Origin: Yuukianura sp. NJ FZ-2021
Taxonomy: Eukaryota
Assembly (NCBI GenBank): GCA_046563655.1
Contig: CM102285.1
Span: 12,214,001-12,278,000 of the forward strand
DNA length: 64,000 nt
Direction: 5' to 3'
A model generated the notes under the pieces. The model had not been told where the DNA came from. It saw only the letters and a list, made by a program, of their open reading frames with translations, and did no database searches. Made by a program: the position numbers and the translations under genes. Positions 30,578-44,804 of this stretch are shown here, piece after piece (the stretch's first letter is position 1; each line of letters begins with the position of its first letter).

Positions 30578-31902
30578 CTAATTTGGATTTGGAAAGTGAT
30601 CAAGGACGATTCCATTTTCTAGACGGATGTAGTTGACGTAATTTCCCCACGGATCGTCGTAGATTGCTTCAACTATGCGCGATCCCCTGGTCCATTCGCC
30701 GTAGCCACCGTAACCGCTGTGTCTGTTGTAACAGAGTTCCAGTGTTTCGTAGTAGCAACACCAAGCATTTCCGTGGTCGTGTCCAACGAATGCAGTTTTG
30801 ATCGTTCCGGCATCGATCAGCGCTCTCATGAATCCAGTGTCTCTCTCTTGCGGAGTGACAGTGTCATCTGAAATCAATGTTAGGAAGATCAATTGATTCA
30901 GCAAATCCTTCGTGAATCACGAATCGTGATTGTCACCACTGCGCAGTGGAGAATGCTTACCAACTAGGCCAGTGCACTCTGGGTTGTCGAAGATCGTGTC
31001 CTGGACAGGTTCGTACTCTAGCCTGTTCAAACAGTGGCATTAAATGTGCATCCTTTAACTTTTTTTTTTAATTTTGTGTGTTTAGAACTTACGTCGGGAT
31101 ATGAAAGAAAGCCAAGGCAGGAATCTGGCCGTACGTCTCTGCGATGTCGCTGTTTGCCTGCTGGAACCACGATACGACAGATTCGTCAACACTTGCCTCA
31201 ATGTTGTGGGTAGCGTTTTTACCTCCGCGAGAATCAAAGAACCAAAGAACAAGAGCTGGATTGTCATTGGTCGGATCTACTGATTCCGGAGGGTACACCA
31301 GCAAATAGTAATTTGTAATTCCAAGCAAACTTGAATCACTCGATTGTGTATAACAGTTTTCATGTTTCTGTTCCGTAGCGAAGATTGCTTCTCTGGACAC
31401 GTTTGCACCAATATCGTGGTTTCCATAGGTGGAAGCCCAACTGCAAGTACACAAAGCGATCATCAGCATCAATCATCTATGAAAATCATGGCGACTTTAC
31501 CGATAACCTGACGATATAACTGGCTGCAGGAGCAAATCGATGTACTCCGTGGCATTGGGAAACATGTGTTCTCCGGTTATTAGATCGCCAGTGAATACGA
31601 CAAAGTCCGGCGTTTCCCAGGACAAGATATCCTTCATCACTCTTGTCGAACTGGTGTCTTGCATTGGCCCAAAAGAGTCTGGCGCTTCTCCATAATGGCT
31701 GGTATTTTTCAAAAAATTTGAAGAATATGATCAATGCAGATGGATTTAACGTTTCAAAAAATTTTTTGAAAACTTACAGATCAGCGAAGTTGACGATCTT
31801 GAACCTTCCGTTTTCGTTGAAACGCAGCTTTGGCTTTTGTTGGGAATATACTGTCGTGAGCCCCAAAATTATGAAAATTGCACAACTTTTTAAAAATGTC
31901 AT
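30578..31902 (-). CDS. Secreted calcineurin-like metallophosphoesterase, Dcr2/PAP16-like
   Basis: Signal peptide, KLRFNENGRFKIVNFADL|HYGE, PDFVVFTGDLITG, WASTYGNHD, LAFFHIP, FVGHDHGN, RHSGYGGYG. Confidence 0.9.
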
Positions 31903-32503
31903 TGTGCGTTTTACAGGAATACTTTCAGTACCACAACTGCAAACAGCCAAGCGTGCCTGCGACTAAATGAACATTGAACACTGAAAATCGTTTTTAACTC
32001 ATCAGCAGAATGAATTATGGATTCCACTTCTTGTGATCACTCAAAAAGAAGAGGAAGCGATTAGTGGTTAATGCTTTTTACATTTTTAATGAATTATCAT
32101 GTAAGCAGCCACTTAAGAGGTCATATCTTATCTAGTGTTTGAAACAATAGCCTAATTCTCTCCTAGCCTAGACATTTCCCTTCATGTTCAGAACATATTT
32201 GAACAATCATGTATTGGAAGGATTTGGATGCGTTTTCTAAAATTGAAATGAAGTTTGTGATCTTAATTTTTCTCTACTGGCTTAACTCGTTATGTTCATG
32301 TCAACGCTAGATTGCCATCTCTGTCTCTGGGCTTGGAGTGTGTACGGTTCCGTAGTAAAATTAATCAGCTGATTGGATAAACAATTCGGAGAGAAACAAC
32401 TTGAAAGTGTTTACGTAAAATTAAGCCGAACGTGAAGACTAATTGACTCTGGTAATTAGGTGTGGGGTGATTCTGAGGGCATAAGGTCAAGGTAAACATA
32501 ACA

Positions 32504-34135
32504 ATGTCCGTCCTTGAAGATACAAAGCGACAGACACGGAACGATGAGCATGACATTTCAAATACTTGTCCATTTCTGGAACTACCAAGGGAAGTGAGTA
32601 CCCCATTTTAATTACCTTAGTTGAGGATTTATGCTGAATCTGATTAATTTGTTTTCTAGCTCCGTGTACTGATCTACTCAAAATATTTGGCCAAAACGGA
32701 GCAAAAGGTGATGCGGCTGATAAACCGTCAGGTCAAGCTGGAAGTTGAGCAAAGTGTGGACTTCCATATCAAAATTGATTCTGAGAGTTTTCGCCAATGT
32801 CGCAGATTGATGGCTCTACGGGCAGACGCATTGACCATTTTGAGTCTTCCGAAACGGAAAGCGAAACCGTTAACGCCGAAGCATCCAGGAAAAATCAGGA
32901 AGATCACATTTGACGGAGCAGTGCAACCATCTTGCGCAGCAAGGATCCTCAAGAAATGCTTCTCGCTTTCTCATCTCAGCTTCACCAATGAAACCCTCCA
33001 CTACAGCAGCGACTTCCAACAATGTCGCCAACTGCGTGAAACTTTAGAATCGTCTTCACATCTCACCCATTTGGGCATCCAGTTTACCCGGCAGCCAGGA
33101 GCCAATCCATATTATCCAGTGGATTCAAACGTATCATTTTTCCTTACTTCCACATTCAAACATCTTACTTCGTTTAAATTATTTTACTCCCTCTGGGGAA
33201 ATTGGTTGGATTTGTTTCTTTTCCTAACAAGACACGCTGGATCTCTTCAGTTCCTGGAGCTTCAAGTGGGCGATCGCTGCGACGTCAACAACACCACGTT
33301 ATATCTACGCCGACACCCGCATTATAACCTACTCGAAATAATTGAACGCGATGTGCTGCGTAAGCTACAGCTCAAAGAGTTACGGTTTAGAGACGAAGTC
33401 CTTCATTTGAACCCGACAAGCAGTTCACTGATTTTCGAAATCCTGGCTCAACAGAAGTCACTGGAGAAACTTCATTTCCATTCTCAAGGGGACATGACCC
33501 AGCCAATGCTGAGCAGCATCGTAGCTGCGAATCAGACAACTTTGCAAGAACTTGTCGTCTACAACTTCACTGGAGCTGAAGTCCGATTGCCATTTGCTCC
33601 TCCTAAGCTAAACATGGACATGCGCCAATTCTCGGCATCGTCACACCTCAAAGTATTAGCACTCTCGTCAGTTTCTCCAAACCGCCGCAGCTTCTCTCCA
33701 ATTGCTGCGACAAGTATGAGCTCCCTTCCGTCATCCCTGGAACGAATCCACCTCACTGGCTTCAATTTGGAATTAGTTGACACTGTTCAACTGTCTACCA
33801 AACTTCCGAACCTCAAGGAACTGCTGATTGCTGATTGTCAATGTGATCTGCGTTTTTCCAAAATATTTGGATCCTTTCTAATCAATTGCCCAAGGTTGGA
33901 ATTTGTCAGCATCAGTCCAGTGGGTCCTCCGGAACCTGAATTTGCACTTCATGTGGAGGCTGACATCATTGAATTATGTCGAATGTATTCAAGATTTATG
34001 GCTGTTGATTATAATCCAATTGACAGTTTTGGATTTGAAGCTCGAAAGTTCACTGATCTGGACAGGGAGTGGGCTAAAGCAACGATCAACCTCGAAGAGT
34101 TTCGTATTTTAGTACCTCATACAACGGGACAGTGA
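32504..34135 (+). CDS. F-box protein with LRR/RNI-like C-terminal region
   Basis: Exon 32504-32593 splices in frame to 32660, giving FLELPRE|LRVLIYSKYL...MRLINRQ (F-box-like), followed by LxxLxL repeats. Confidence 0.75.
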
Positions 34136-34580
34136 GGTCGTACTAAACCTGGATCCGAAGATTAATTTTTCGTGACCTAATTACTAATCATAGTTTGCAG
34201 TGACGCTTAAAGATAACGTGACTTTGTGCACTATGCACTACTAAAGATTTCTGTATAACTTTCTGGAGGTTATGATCTCATTTCTCTCATTTTCTCATCA
34301 AAACTTTAGAAATAGTTAATTTTTCATCCATTTACAGATATTTCGACATGTTTGCGCATTAAAAAGGCATTGGTATTAATTATGTCAAATTATGTGAAAC
34401 ACTTCAAACTATTTCGCAAAAAGCTGCGCCCCTTTATCACTTTCGCTAAAATTTGGACTTGCAAAAGTGAATCTTTTGATTTGGTTGGCGGCTCTTTGAG
34501 ATGGCACGCGAGATCAAAAATTGAAATTCGATTTATTTGAACATTTGAAGTTCCGCTCTTCCGCTTGCTGCACGACAAAA

Positions 34581-35961
34581 ATGGCAGACACTCCAACAAA
34601 ATGGGGAATTTTGAGCTGTAAGAAATATACTTTTTAAGTTAGCTCAAGTATTAAATAGTGGCTTTGTTTTACCTTTTTCTTAAAAATTTCCGTTTGTTCA
34701 TTTCAGGTGGAAAAATTTCTCAAGATTTTGTATCAGCGTTACTTTCGGATCCAGCCAAAAGTCATACTCTAATTACCGTTGCAGCTCGGAACTTCAGCGC
34801 AGCTCAAGAATTTGCAGCTAAATATGGATTCCATCATGCCTCCACTTCATACGAAGAACTCACGCAAGATCCAGAAGTGGACGTTGTCTACGTTGGTGCA
34901 ATCAATCCAGAACATCACCGATTAGTCAAAATGGCCATCAGCAATGAAAAGGCTGTTTTGTGCGAAAAGCCACTCGGAATGAACCTTAGGGAAACTACGG
35001 AATTGGTGGCACTTGCTAAGCAAAAAGGCGTGTTCCTCATGGAAGTAAGTTAAAGTTTGCGTAAAACCCGAATTTCGAGGATGATAGACTTTGGCAATTG
35101 ACGATTTTGAAAAATTTGCAGGGACTTTGGAGTAGATTCTTTCCAATTTATACCAGAATTCGAGAGGAAATCGACAGCGGGAATCTCGGAGAAGTTCTCC
35201 AGGTCATAGCACCGTTCTGTACAATGATTGCTCATAAGGATAGATGCGCGTAAGAAAACAATGAATTTGCACAAGTATTTGTTCGATTAGGAACTTAAAT
35301 TATAACTTTTGCTAACAGATTGAAGCAGCTTGGAGGTGGTACAGTTCTGGACATTGGTGTTTACTGTGTCCAATTTGCTTCGTTCATATTCAATGGACAG
35401 AAGCCACTCAAGGTCATTGCTGGAGGTCACCTAAATTCGGATGGAATCGACGAAAGTACAAGCGCTACAGTGCTCTATCCTGGAGGTAGGACAGCCACGC
35501 TCATAACACTTGGGAAGGCTAAATATGAAGGCGACGCTGTGATCATCGGCACTAAAGGAGTCCTCAAGGTATTTATCCAAATACAGCTCAACTTTAAGTT
35601 CACAAAATCGTTAAATTACGATTTGCTTTAGGTTCCATTTAGGTTTTGGTGTCCAACACAACTGATCACTGAAAAAGGGCTGGAAACTATTGACCTTCCT
35701 CCGTCAGATAGGAGTTTTAACTATGCCAACAGTGTAGGATTACTCTATGAGGCCCAGGAAGTTAGAAAGTGTCTTCAACAAGGTAAGTGGCACCCTAAAC
35801 ATTAGAAGTTCAACTGTCGCAGACCATAAATCTAAACTTTTGTTTAATTCACAGGATTAATTGAAAGCCCGCTACTGACACATGACGAAATTTTAGTCAT
35901 CTCGGAAATCATGGAATCGATTAGGAAGCAATCTGGAGTTGTATATCCTCAGGACTTGTAA
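34581..35961 (+). CDS. DHDH: Trans-1,2-dihydrobenzene-1,2-diol dehydrogenase-like (Gfo/Idh/MocA)
   Basis: KWGILS.GKISQDF, DVVYVGAINPEH, VLCEKPL, FLME|GLWSRFFP, LGGGTVLDIGVYCVQFA. Confidence 0.92.
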
Positions 35962-36356
35962 TACCAACAGAAATCCAAAAGCAAGGAGCCGTTAATGGAT
36001 GAATGTTATTTTAGTTACCAGAAATCGCTGGCGCTGGCATCATCAGCGATGTCTGTTCATAAAAAAGTAACTCAAGGCAGCAAAATAAAAAAAAAATACG
36101 CTTCAACAAGGAATTTATTCTTGAAAATCGTCCATTTCTCAAATTCATATGATAGCGTTTAAAATTGTCATGGCAACGGTAGCGACCAACACCACTCTAC
36201 CAACTAACTATCCACGGCTGCCAGTATTTCGGATCAGCAGCAGGAATGTCTGTGTGGTGCGAATTCCGTCCAGCAGCGACAACACTCGGATTCCGCTAAA
36301 TCGTTAGATTACTTCGTCTTTGGACCATTTCCGCCCTGCCATTCCGAAGTGAAACG

Positions 36357-36800
36357 ATGGGCGTCTTCGATTGCGTCATTTGTGGTGAGAACTACATCAA
36401 CAGTGCCAACTTCTGTGAAGGAGTCGTTTGGTCCAGAAAATGCGGCCATGTTTACCGTAAGATTCTAAACAAGTCTAGATCCAAATATTAGTTGCAGTAT
36501 GCAATGTACTCATACGATTCTCTTCTACTAGACCGAACTTGCCTCTCCAAATGGCTGGCAGCATGTCGATTTCATCAGAGTCCACCAATCTGTCCAAAAT
36601 GTAGAATAGAAATGATCCCAAAGGATCATGTGCAGCAACTCTACACTGGACCAAAGCCAAACCTCAAGCGATCAAGTGAAACCGACGCCGCTGAGCAATC
36701 CGAAGTGTGCATGGACCCAGATGAAATGGATACAGCAGCGAATAATACAGGTTCAGGGGACACTGGACGTCCTAAGTTCGACAAACGCAACAAAAAGTAA
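36357..36800 (+). CDS. Small RING-H2 finger protein (TRAIP-like RING)
   Basis: Spliced 36357-36456 + 36532-36800: CVIC...CGHVYH|RTCLSKW...CPKCR. Confidence 0.8.
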
Positions 36801-36944
36801 GATTTGATGTCCAAAGCTCCGCAAAATGCAACTAAAAAGCTTCATCAAACGAAAACTACAAATCAATTAAGAATGAGCATACTAAAAAAATTGTCATTGT
36901 AATTGTTTGATCATCAACGAATTTTTATTCTTACTTTTGTCAAT

Positions 36945-39162
36945 TCAAGTGGTATAATGTTCCATAATGTTCCTATATTTGTATTGATCCTTGAGCAGTT
37001 CCAGAAATATTTTGTACTTTCCATCGTGATACCTAGAATAATATTCCAATAATCAAATCTAAGTCCAATTTCTCAATCAACTTTATAAATGCTAGTAAGA
37101 TTCAAACCTCTTCACACGCTCGTTCTTCACTCGAGCTGGAAATTGGCGGCGAGGCGCAAGAGCAGAGAGCTTTAGCAGCGCTTGATTGAGAACAGAAGTT
37201 GTTTCTCCATAACCATGATATGGAGTGCAAGCGGCTATCGCTGACAGTGCAGCTCCATAAAGAACAGGTTCTACGGAAGTTGAGTCTATTTGAATGTCCA
37301 AGACATCTTCAAGCGTCTGCAAAAATAGCTTCGATTTCACCAGTCCACCACAAACTTGAACTAAATTGAAGCTGTGTCCAGACGCTTCCAAAGTTTCCTT
37401 GATATGGCGAATTCCATACTGCAAAGTTTCATGAGAACAAATTAGCGGACCGGAAAATGAAAGAAGATGTTTATATAGAGTATCAGTAGAGCTAAATTAT
37501 TATTGGACTGACGGAAAGTGCTTGTAGCGTGGCCAAGTATAGGGTAGCGAGATCATTCAAATCCGTGGAAAGTGTCAACCCGATCACCTAAGCATTTCAT
37601 TGGAAACTAAATGAACTCTTGCAAAATGATTTGTGAGGAAGCGTTAATTCCTAAAATCAATTAATCCATATCTTGTACCATTCCTTTGAGTGTGGTGTCC
37701 CCTAAAGGTGAGCGATTTCCATGAAAATCTGGCAAAACGTGTAAATCTCTTGTTAGCTCGGAAATGGTGACATCTCCTTTGGCAATTTTGCCAACAGCTT
37801 CCTCTAATGCAATCAGCACCGAACTGAAAACGGAATCAGCAGCATTTTACTTCCAAAAATGAAGAATTAAATGTTTCAGCATTATCTTACTCATGAGATC
37901 CGCATAACGTTAAGAGAGATGAATATGCAGGATGAGATTTGACAATATGATCAACTAATTTTCCAGAAGCGCTCTGTCCTCCTTCAGACACGTAAAAGTT
38001 GTCCAAAACTATTCCATAGTAAGGTCTGAAATGAATCCAAACAAATTATGTTAGAAAAAAATGAAACATAAACCAAAATAATATATTCCATAAGCATGAA
38101 TATAAAAAATACTTCAAATATTACCCCCAAACGCCCGTTGTTGTGATTGGCTGTTGAGATACAGCCATGACACAGTTGGAAGTACCACAAATTAGCACCA
38201 GAGAGGAAGTAGCATCTTGTACACTGTCCAAATTCCTTCCAGCGATCAATCCAAGGAGTCCAGAGTGAGCATCAATCATGGAGAATCCCACTTTCGTTTC
38301 CGGTTTTAGCTTCAGATCAGCAGCCGCTTCCTGAGAAATGTCATCTGAGCCTCCAGGGAAACTAACTTCGGAACCAAACTTCAAGCAATCATCAGTCTGG
38401 AATCCGAGCTGCTCCAGAAATGTCTTGTCCCATTCGCACCTTCCCACTGGCTCATAAACAAAGTTCCACTTGCACACCAATGAACAAATGGAGCGCTTGA
38501 AGCAACCTGTGGCTCTCCAGCGCAAATAGTCGCTGAGGTCGAAGAAGTGATGTGTTGAGTTATAACTGGATTCCAAGTTTCTTTTCAACCAGAGAATTTT
38601 CGGTATTTGCATCTCCAGAGAAATAGTTCCTCCGACAGTTGAAAGAACGGGATGCTTCAAGGCATTAATTTCGGCCGCTTCGGCGCTGGCTCGATGATCC
38701 ATCCACATCATAACGTTCCATTTAGGATTTCCTGGATACACAAATAATTCAATAAACTTTCATCGCGCCATTATAAAACAAAGATTTCGTTTACCTGTTT
38801 TGCAAATGGAAATCGGTTGATTGTCTTTCCCAATAGCGACAAGAGAACAAGTAGCGCAGAAGGCGACGGCAGCCACATCCAGATCATCGTTGTTAGTCAG
38901 CAGTTCCTGCAAAATAGACACAAAATAAATGATACAATGCAATTTCATTCTTAAATGACAAAGGTCAAAGGTATTCATTCACCTGTACTGTCTCGCAAAC
39001 GGCAGCCCAGATCTCTTCGCTACTTTGTTGATAAAATCCAGGTTCGGGATTGTTGATCTCAATATTTTTAGTGGAAACTTGCTTCAATTCGCCCGTTTCC
39101 GAAAATATGCCTGCGCGGACGCTCCCTGTTCCAACGTCCACTCCAATGAAATACTGAACCAT
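36945..39162 (-). CDS. FGGY: FGGY carbohydrate kinase (ribulokinase-like)
   Basis: [53 protein letters not shown]. Confidence 0.94.
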
Positions 39163-39578
39163 TTTGATATTCTTCCTAAGAAAAAACTAATAAGGTTAGA
39201 TTGAACTTCTTGTGTTAAAATTACTATTAAACTAACCTTTAGTTTTGAGGTTATGAGGTTACTGGTAGCAAAGGGAAAGTAAATTTTCAACTGAATAGTT
39301 GACCTTGGAAATGAAAACTAATCCAAGTCTTTGTAAAGCTTATAGCGTATCAGAGTTAAGCTATTAAGGAAATCCCGTTATAAGCTTATCGCATCTCCAG
39401 ACTGAATCTCGTCATGAGAGACGGAATAAATTCAACGAAAATGCTTGGTCTTCACCTATCTATCACAAAAGTTAATATTAATTCCTTGTACTTAATACAA
39501 AGAGTGAGAATTAATAGGGCAGCCTTAATTTAAATAACTTTGAGAGTGTTAATTGTATTCCTGTTATAAAATTAGTGC

Positions 39579-41927
39579 CTATGTCTTTTGTGGAGGTGTG
39601 TTTCCTGCTCGTTTCATTTTCTGGATGTGCTGGCGTTTGTTGGGTTCGTTCAAGGATTCACTTTTCCGTCTTTTGACGCCTTTTTGATCTTTCTCAGTTT
39701 CCACCTAGAATGAAATTGAAATACGTTATCAGTTTAGTGATGCGTTCGAATTTGAAGAGTAGGGGGTTAAGATTTTCAGAATATTTACTTGGATCTGATC
39801 CTTGAGTTTAACCAATGCTTCCTTGAAGTCGTTTTCCAGTGGTTTCAATTCTGAATTTTTGATTCGAAGTTTGTCTATAGTTTTGCCTGCAGTCTTCATC
39901 GTTTTCTTGAATGCTCCGATCTGAAATGCAAATAAATCGATAATCAGGGCCACGGGATGGAAACATTGTTTGGGAAGAAGGTAGTAGGGGAAAAGGTGAG
40001 CTAACCTGATCTTGCGTTACAATTGAAAGTGCAGTTCCTTCTCTCCCTGCTCGCGCAGTTCTTCCTATCCTGTGGATGTACGTTTTCGTATAAGGTGGAA
40101 GGTCATAGGAAATGACGTAGTCCACCAAAGGAATATCGATGCCCCTAGCCATTTGATCAGATGTGACCAAACTGCAAAGAAAGAATGTGATCAACATTAG
40201 TGTTCCACTCCTGGAAAGAATTTTTGAATATATATATTAAGAATTTAATACTGGAAGCTTACATGTCAATGGATCCATTGGCGAACTTTTTCAAAACGAG
40301 ATCTCGTGTTTGTGGACTCCATTTTGATGAAATCTCTTTCACTTTCAAGTTACCCAGAAACGAAAGTAGGAGACAAAGGCGATGGGTGTTGTCATTTGTG
40401 TTTACAAAACACAGCACTCGTTTCCACTTCATTTTGATAATTATGTGGGCCAAAACCAATGGTTTAGTTTCTTTCTGGCAAAGGACGAACAATTCTTTGA
40501 GTTCATCCGGAGTTGTAAACTTTCCAACGAAGCTGTCGGAAGTAGAAGTATGCGGCTTGGGATCTGTGCTGGAAGCATTTCCGGAGGCTGTAGAAGGTGT
40601 AGAAACGTTCCCACTTTTTTCAGTTATGGATGTAAACAGTTTGGGTTGAAATAGGTTCAGACTGGCTAATGTTTCTGGATTCTGTGACAGGGTGGCTGAG
40701 AATAACAGTTTATGGAATGCTATCATGTGAAGTGGCATAGACTTGACGTTTAGCTGTAACGATCTTGGATTGACGGTATCTGCAAACGGAAATTACGAAT
40801 ATTGTAGCTTTCAAAAACTTCAGCGTTTTAACAATGGTTCCTCGAGCTAACCTGTTGAGTGGTAAGACCAAAACTTTGTTTCCAGTCGTTGGAGCCAATC
40901 ACCTTGTTGATCATCTAGAGTTCGGTCGGCTTCGTCCACTACCAAAAATCGGAGCTGGGAGATATCAAATCCTTCAGTATTTTCTAAATGGTCCACTAGC
41001 CGTCCAGGAGTAGCAACGATTATGTCATAAGAGCACAGCAATTCTCCTCTGCCGTCCCGTCTTATTAGAGCCCTCCTTTCAGCCGTCATCGTGAGCCGTT
41101 TGGTCATGAGAAATACTTTTAGACGAGTTCCTTTGCAGTATTTTACACAAACTTCGGCAACTTGGGAAGCCAACATCTCTGTTGGAAGAATTACTATGGC
41201 ACGTATCTGGGAATAGGCTGCATCTTTGAGGAGCTAGTTGGAAAATAATCGATTAGAACACAGTAAAGCCATACGCAACAACTAAATTATCATCAAGTCA
41301 GTACCTGAACAAGGGGCAACGCATATGCCAAAGTCTTGCCACTGCCAGTAGGAGCACTCACACAAATGTCAGAAGGTCTCATCAGTTTCGGACTGTGAAC
41401 TTTCAGTAACCAAGGAATAACTTGCGCTTGAACTAAAAGAGGAACAAAACAGTATTCATCCAATGATCAGTTCAATTGTCATTAGGTAAAAGAGTAGTCG
41501 TTCGTGAAGTATTCTAAGAGATTGCTGATTGATGATGCATACCTGGAAACAGATAGTTGATAAGGTTTTGTTCCAGCACTTTCTTTACATCCGGAGTTAG
41601 GTTGGACGATGACACAGGATACTGCGAATCTCTCAGATTTGACGAAACAATTGACGGATTCGCTAACCATTCCGGCAAAATGCGTTTTACCTGTAAAAAA
41701 AAATACCAAACTTTCGTTTTTCGCTTTATATTTTTCGCCAATTCAAACTCTTTCAGTTTTCATACCACTCGATTTTGAGCACTGTTTAAATCTCCAATGA
41801 CGGTGAATCCACCAACATCAGTACTGATTTCATTGTCGTGTGATTTCCTCTTCCGGCTTTTCTTCTTGACCTTCTCTTCTGCTTTGACATCGTCCACTGC
41901 CTCTTCCTTCATTTCCACTGACTCCAT
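39579..41927 (-). CDS. DDX51: DEAD-box RNA helicase DDX51 (Dbp6/Dbp73D)
   Basis: [64 protein letters not shown]. Confidence 0.93.
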
Positions 41928-42440
41928 TATGCGATTATACTGTTAAGAATTAATCGGAATTCAATAATTTTTTAACAAATGATTTCTATTTAATCAATTA
42001 ATTAACAGCACTAATAAAACTGCTCAAACAAAAAAAACATTAAAACTTCAATGGAAGGGAAAGCTAATCAGCTGGTGCAAAATGAAAAGCACATGCGATT
42101 CAAATAGAGAATTTTCGCGGCTCAAGTTATACGGGAATAAAAGCTTCCTTTTTCTGCTTCAATGGTTTGTAAAACTATAAGCTTTATAAATACAATAAAC
42201 ATATAAATAATACTAAATATAAATAAAATAAATAAGAATGTGTGTTTTCTATAAAAATGTGAGTAGTGAAAATGCCTAGATCAAAAAAGCTGGATCATAA
42301 GATTAGATATGTCCAGTTCGCAGCAGTACTAGCATTGCGCAGTAAAGTCACGTGGTTGTTCGAATCCAAAAAAAGGGTTCATTTTATCCGTGTGTGGCCC
42401 ACTTCTCTCTTATCTTATCTCCTTTTCTGTCACCCTGAAA

Positions 42441-42540
42441 GTGTGAAAGGTAACACTTATCGGGTGTTATCTCACTTCTGAGGTGTGAAAGGTCACACTT
42501 ATCGCGTCTTATCTCACCCCCGAGGTGTGAAAGCTTACAC
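42441..42540. repeat. Imperfect ~42-bp tandem repeat (~2.4 copies)
   Basis: GTGTGAAAGGT(A/C)ACACTTATCG...TTATCTCAC...GAG repeated. Confidence 0.7.
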
Positions 42541-43077
42541 CTACCGCCCTTTGACGGAAGGCAGGGTCCCACCAATGGAGGCAATACACTTTCAAAGGGA
42601 CTTAGGATAAAAATCAATATATTTTTACAGTTGTTTTTACTTTGAACTTTCCCACGCGCGTAGACATTTACTGCCTACTGTCGAAACAAATGGCACGTGA
42701 CTAGAATTACGTCTTTCAATTGAAATAATATAAAAATTTTATATTTTTTTTTCTTATTTTATTTCATATTTTCTTTCAGTTGAAAATGTAAACTTTTTAT
42801 ACAACATAGGCGCACTTTTTAGAACTTTTATAACACAAATCACAAACACGAATTAAACTTGTTCTGCAGATTAATTATGAAAATCAATTACAGCGATAAT
42901 GAAGTTTCAAAATTTAATGAATTTTAGAAAATGACAAAATTGAAAAGCTTTCGACTTCCCTTGTGAAATCTACCAAATGCTCGAGCAATTTGAAAGTTGC
43001 CGAAACGTATAAAACTGATCACTATTTTCTAAAATTGAAACAGATCCTTGCACTAGTTGTTCTAAAAGTTTTCAAAA

Positions 43078-44457
43078 ATGGACAGTGTAACATTTAGAAT
43101 TCAAAGTGGAATTGGTTGGGCCAGTGGAACAATGTTTCTGTACAATCCGTTAGATCCTAGCCTTTTTGAGTCCTGGGTCAACTGGAGCAGCGTCTATGTC
43201 CTAGTTGTCAATGCAATTCAAGTAGTTCTTCACATCATTGACTACGCCTTCTTAAACGTAACGATTCAGTTACAGCGTCAAAAGTTTGAATCCTACGTTT
43301 CTACAACACTTGCAGCATTCGGAGGGGTTTCAATTGTCTTGATTCGGTTATATTTTGTTTCCAAGGCCAAGCGAATTGCCACTTTCATCACCGAAGCTAA
43401 GGCGTTCATGAAGTCCTGCAGCGAAACTGACGCTGAATTGACACACTTCGAGCATTTTATCATCTGGTTTGGTCTATGCGTCCGGGTCATTTCAGGAGCC
43501 GCTTTTACGCTGGCAGCGATCAACTATGGTGGAACAGCTTATGGTGACAGTGACGTTTCTCTTGCTGCAACAAGGAACACATCTTTAGTCGTTTCGGTTG
43601 CTTACTTTATTCTATCCGCACTTCCGTATGAATTGACAGCCTATGTCTCATTTACCTTCATTTTGTTCCTAACCAAGTTCATTTCGGCAGCGTTCAATCA
43701 GTTTTGTGCTGAAATGGAAGCGGCAATTCTTGGAATCCGGAGAGCGACAGCTAATATGAAGGAAACACCACCAAAATTTTCAGATTCAGTTGCACCGGAG
43801 ATGTACTTGGTCAAGTCGGAATTGCATAACGTAATGTCCAGTAGAGTGCTGAAACACATCCTACTGAAGCGATTTACCAAAATGTACGACCTGTTCCAAC
43901 TGTTTGATGAAATTGTTGGACCAATCTTGCTTGGAATATTTCCAGCCATGACAATTTCTTTGGTCCAAGTCATGGATCGACTCCTTGTACATGACCTTTC
44001 CCCGTGGATTGCTGTCCATGAAGTAATGTCCTTGGCGTTCTGTGTTGTTCAAATGTACTTGCTTCAAATTGGATACAAAATTCACAATATGGTAAGATCC
44101 TCAGCTTAATTCAATCTGAAGTTGTGAAGAGTTGATTGAAATTATTCTACTTTACAGATTGACACAAATAAAGCTATGTTGGCGGAACTACTTCATCGGT
44201 CTCCAAAAACTTTAACCAGAGAAAATATATCTAAAGTCTACAATATTTTGGAAGCTTGGAATTGGAATCTCTCGGCATCTGGATTCTTCACAGTGGATCG
44301 CACGCTGATGTCCGGGGTAAGAACTACAAAAGTTTAACTATATCAGGAGTTAATTACTTATGGATAACCAAACTTCTAATCTTGTGATTCTGATTGACAG
44401 ATCATTTCGCTTATGTTGGCGTACACTGTCGTGTTATTCCAATTACAAGTAAATTAA
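43078..44457 (+). CDS. Gustatory receptor (7tm_7 chemoreceptor family)
   Basis: Long multi-TM first exon plus two short phase-0 3' exons; C-terminus SASGFFTVDRTLMSG|IISLMLAYTVVLFQL fits the GR TM7 motif. Confidence 0.85.
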
Positions 44458-44804
44458 AACTAAAAAGCACTACTGCGCAGCTTTTCTCACGCTTTCATCA
44501 CGCTAGTCTTCATTGCCCATCCCGGAAGAACCTGCGAAACGCAAACGACAGCAACCGAACTGGATTTTTTTATCTGGAAAATTTTGTGAGATCTCATCGT
44601 TCGTTCTTGCCATAACACCGAAAACTTAGCTGTAAATAATTCCATCAACATTGTCCGATGTGAACCGAACGCGTTCTTGCATCAACGCAAACCGTCCGGA
44701 ATTGGAAGTTTGATTTTCAACTACATATAATCAATTTCCGGTTGTTTATCGATTGAGATACACCAAAAACTCCTGGTTTTGATAAGATTTGAACGAAACT
44801 AATA

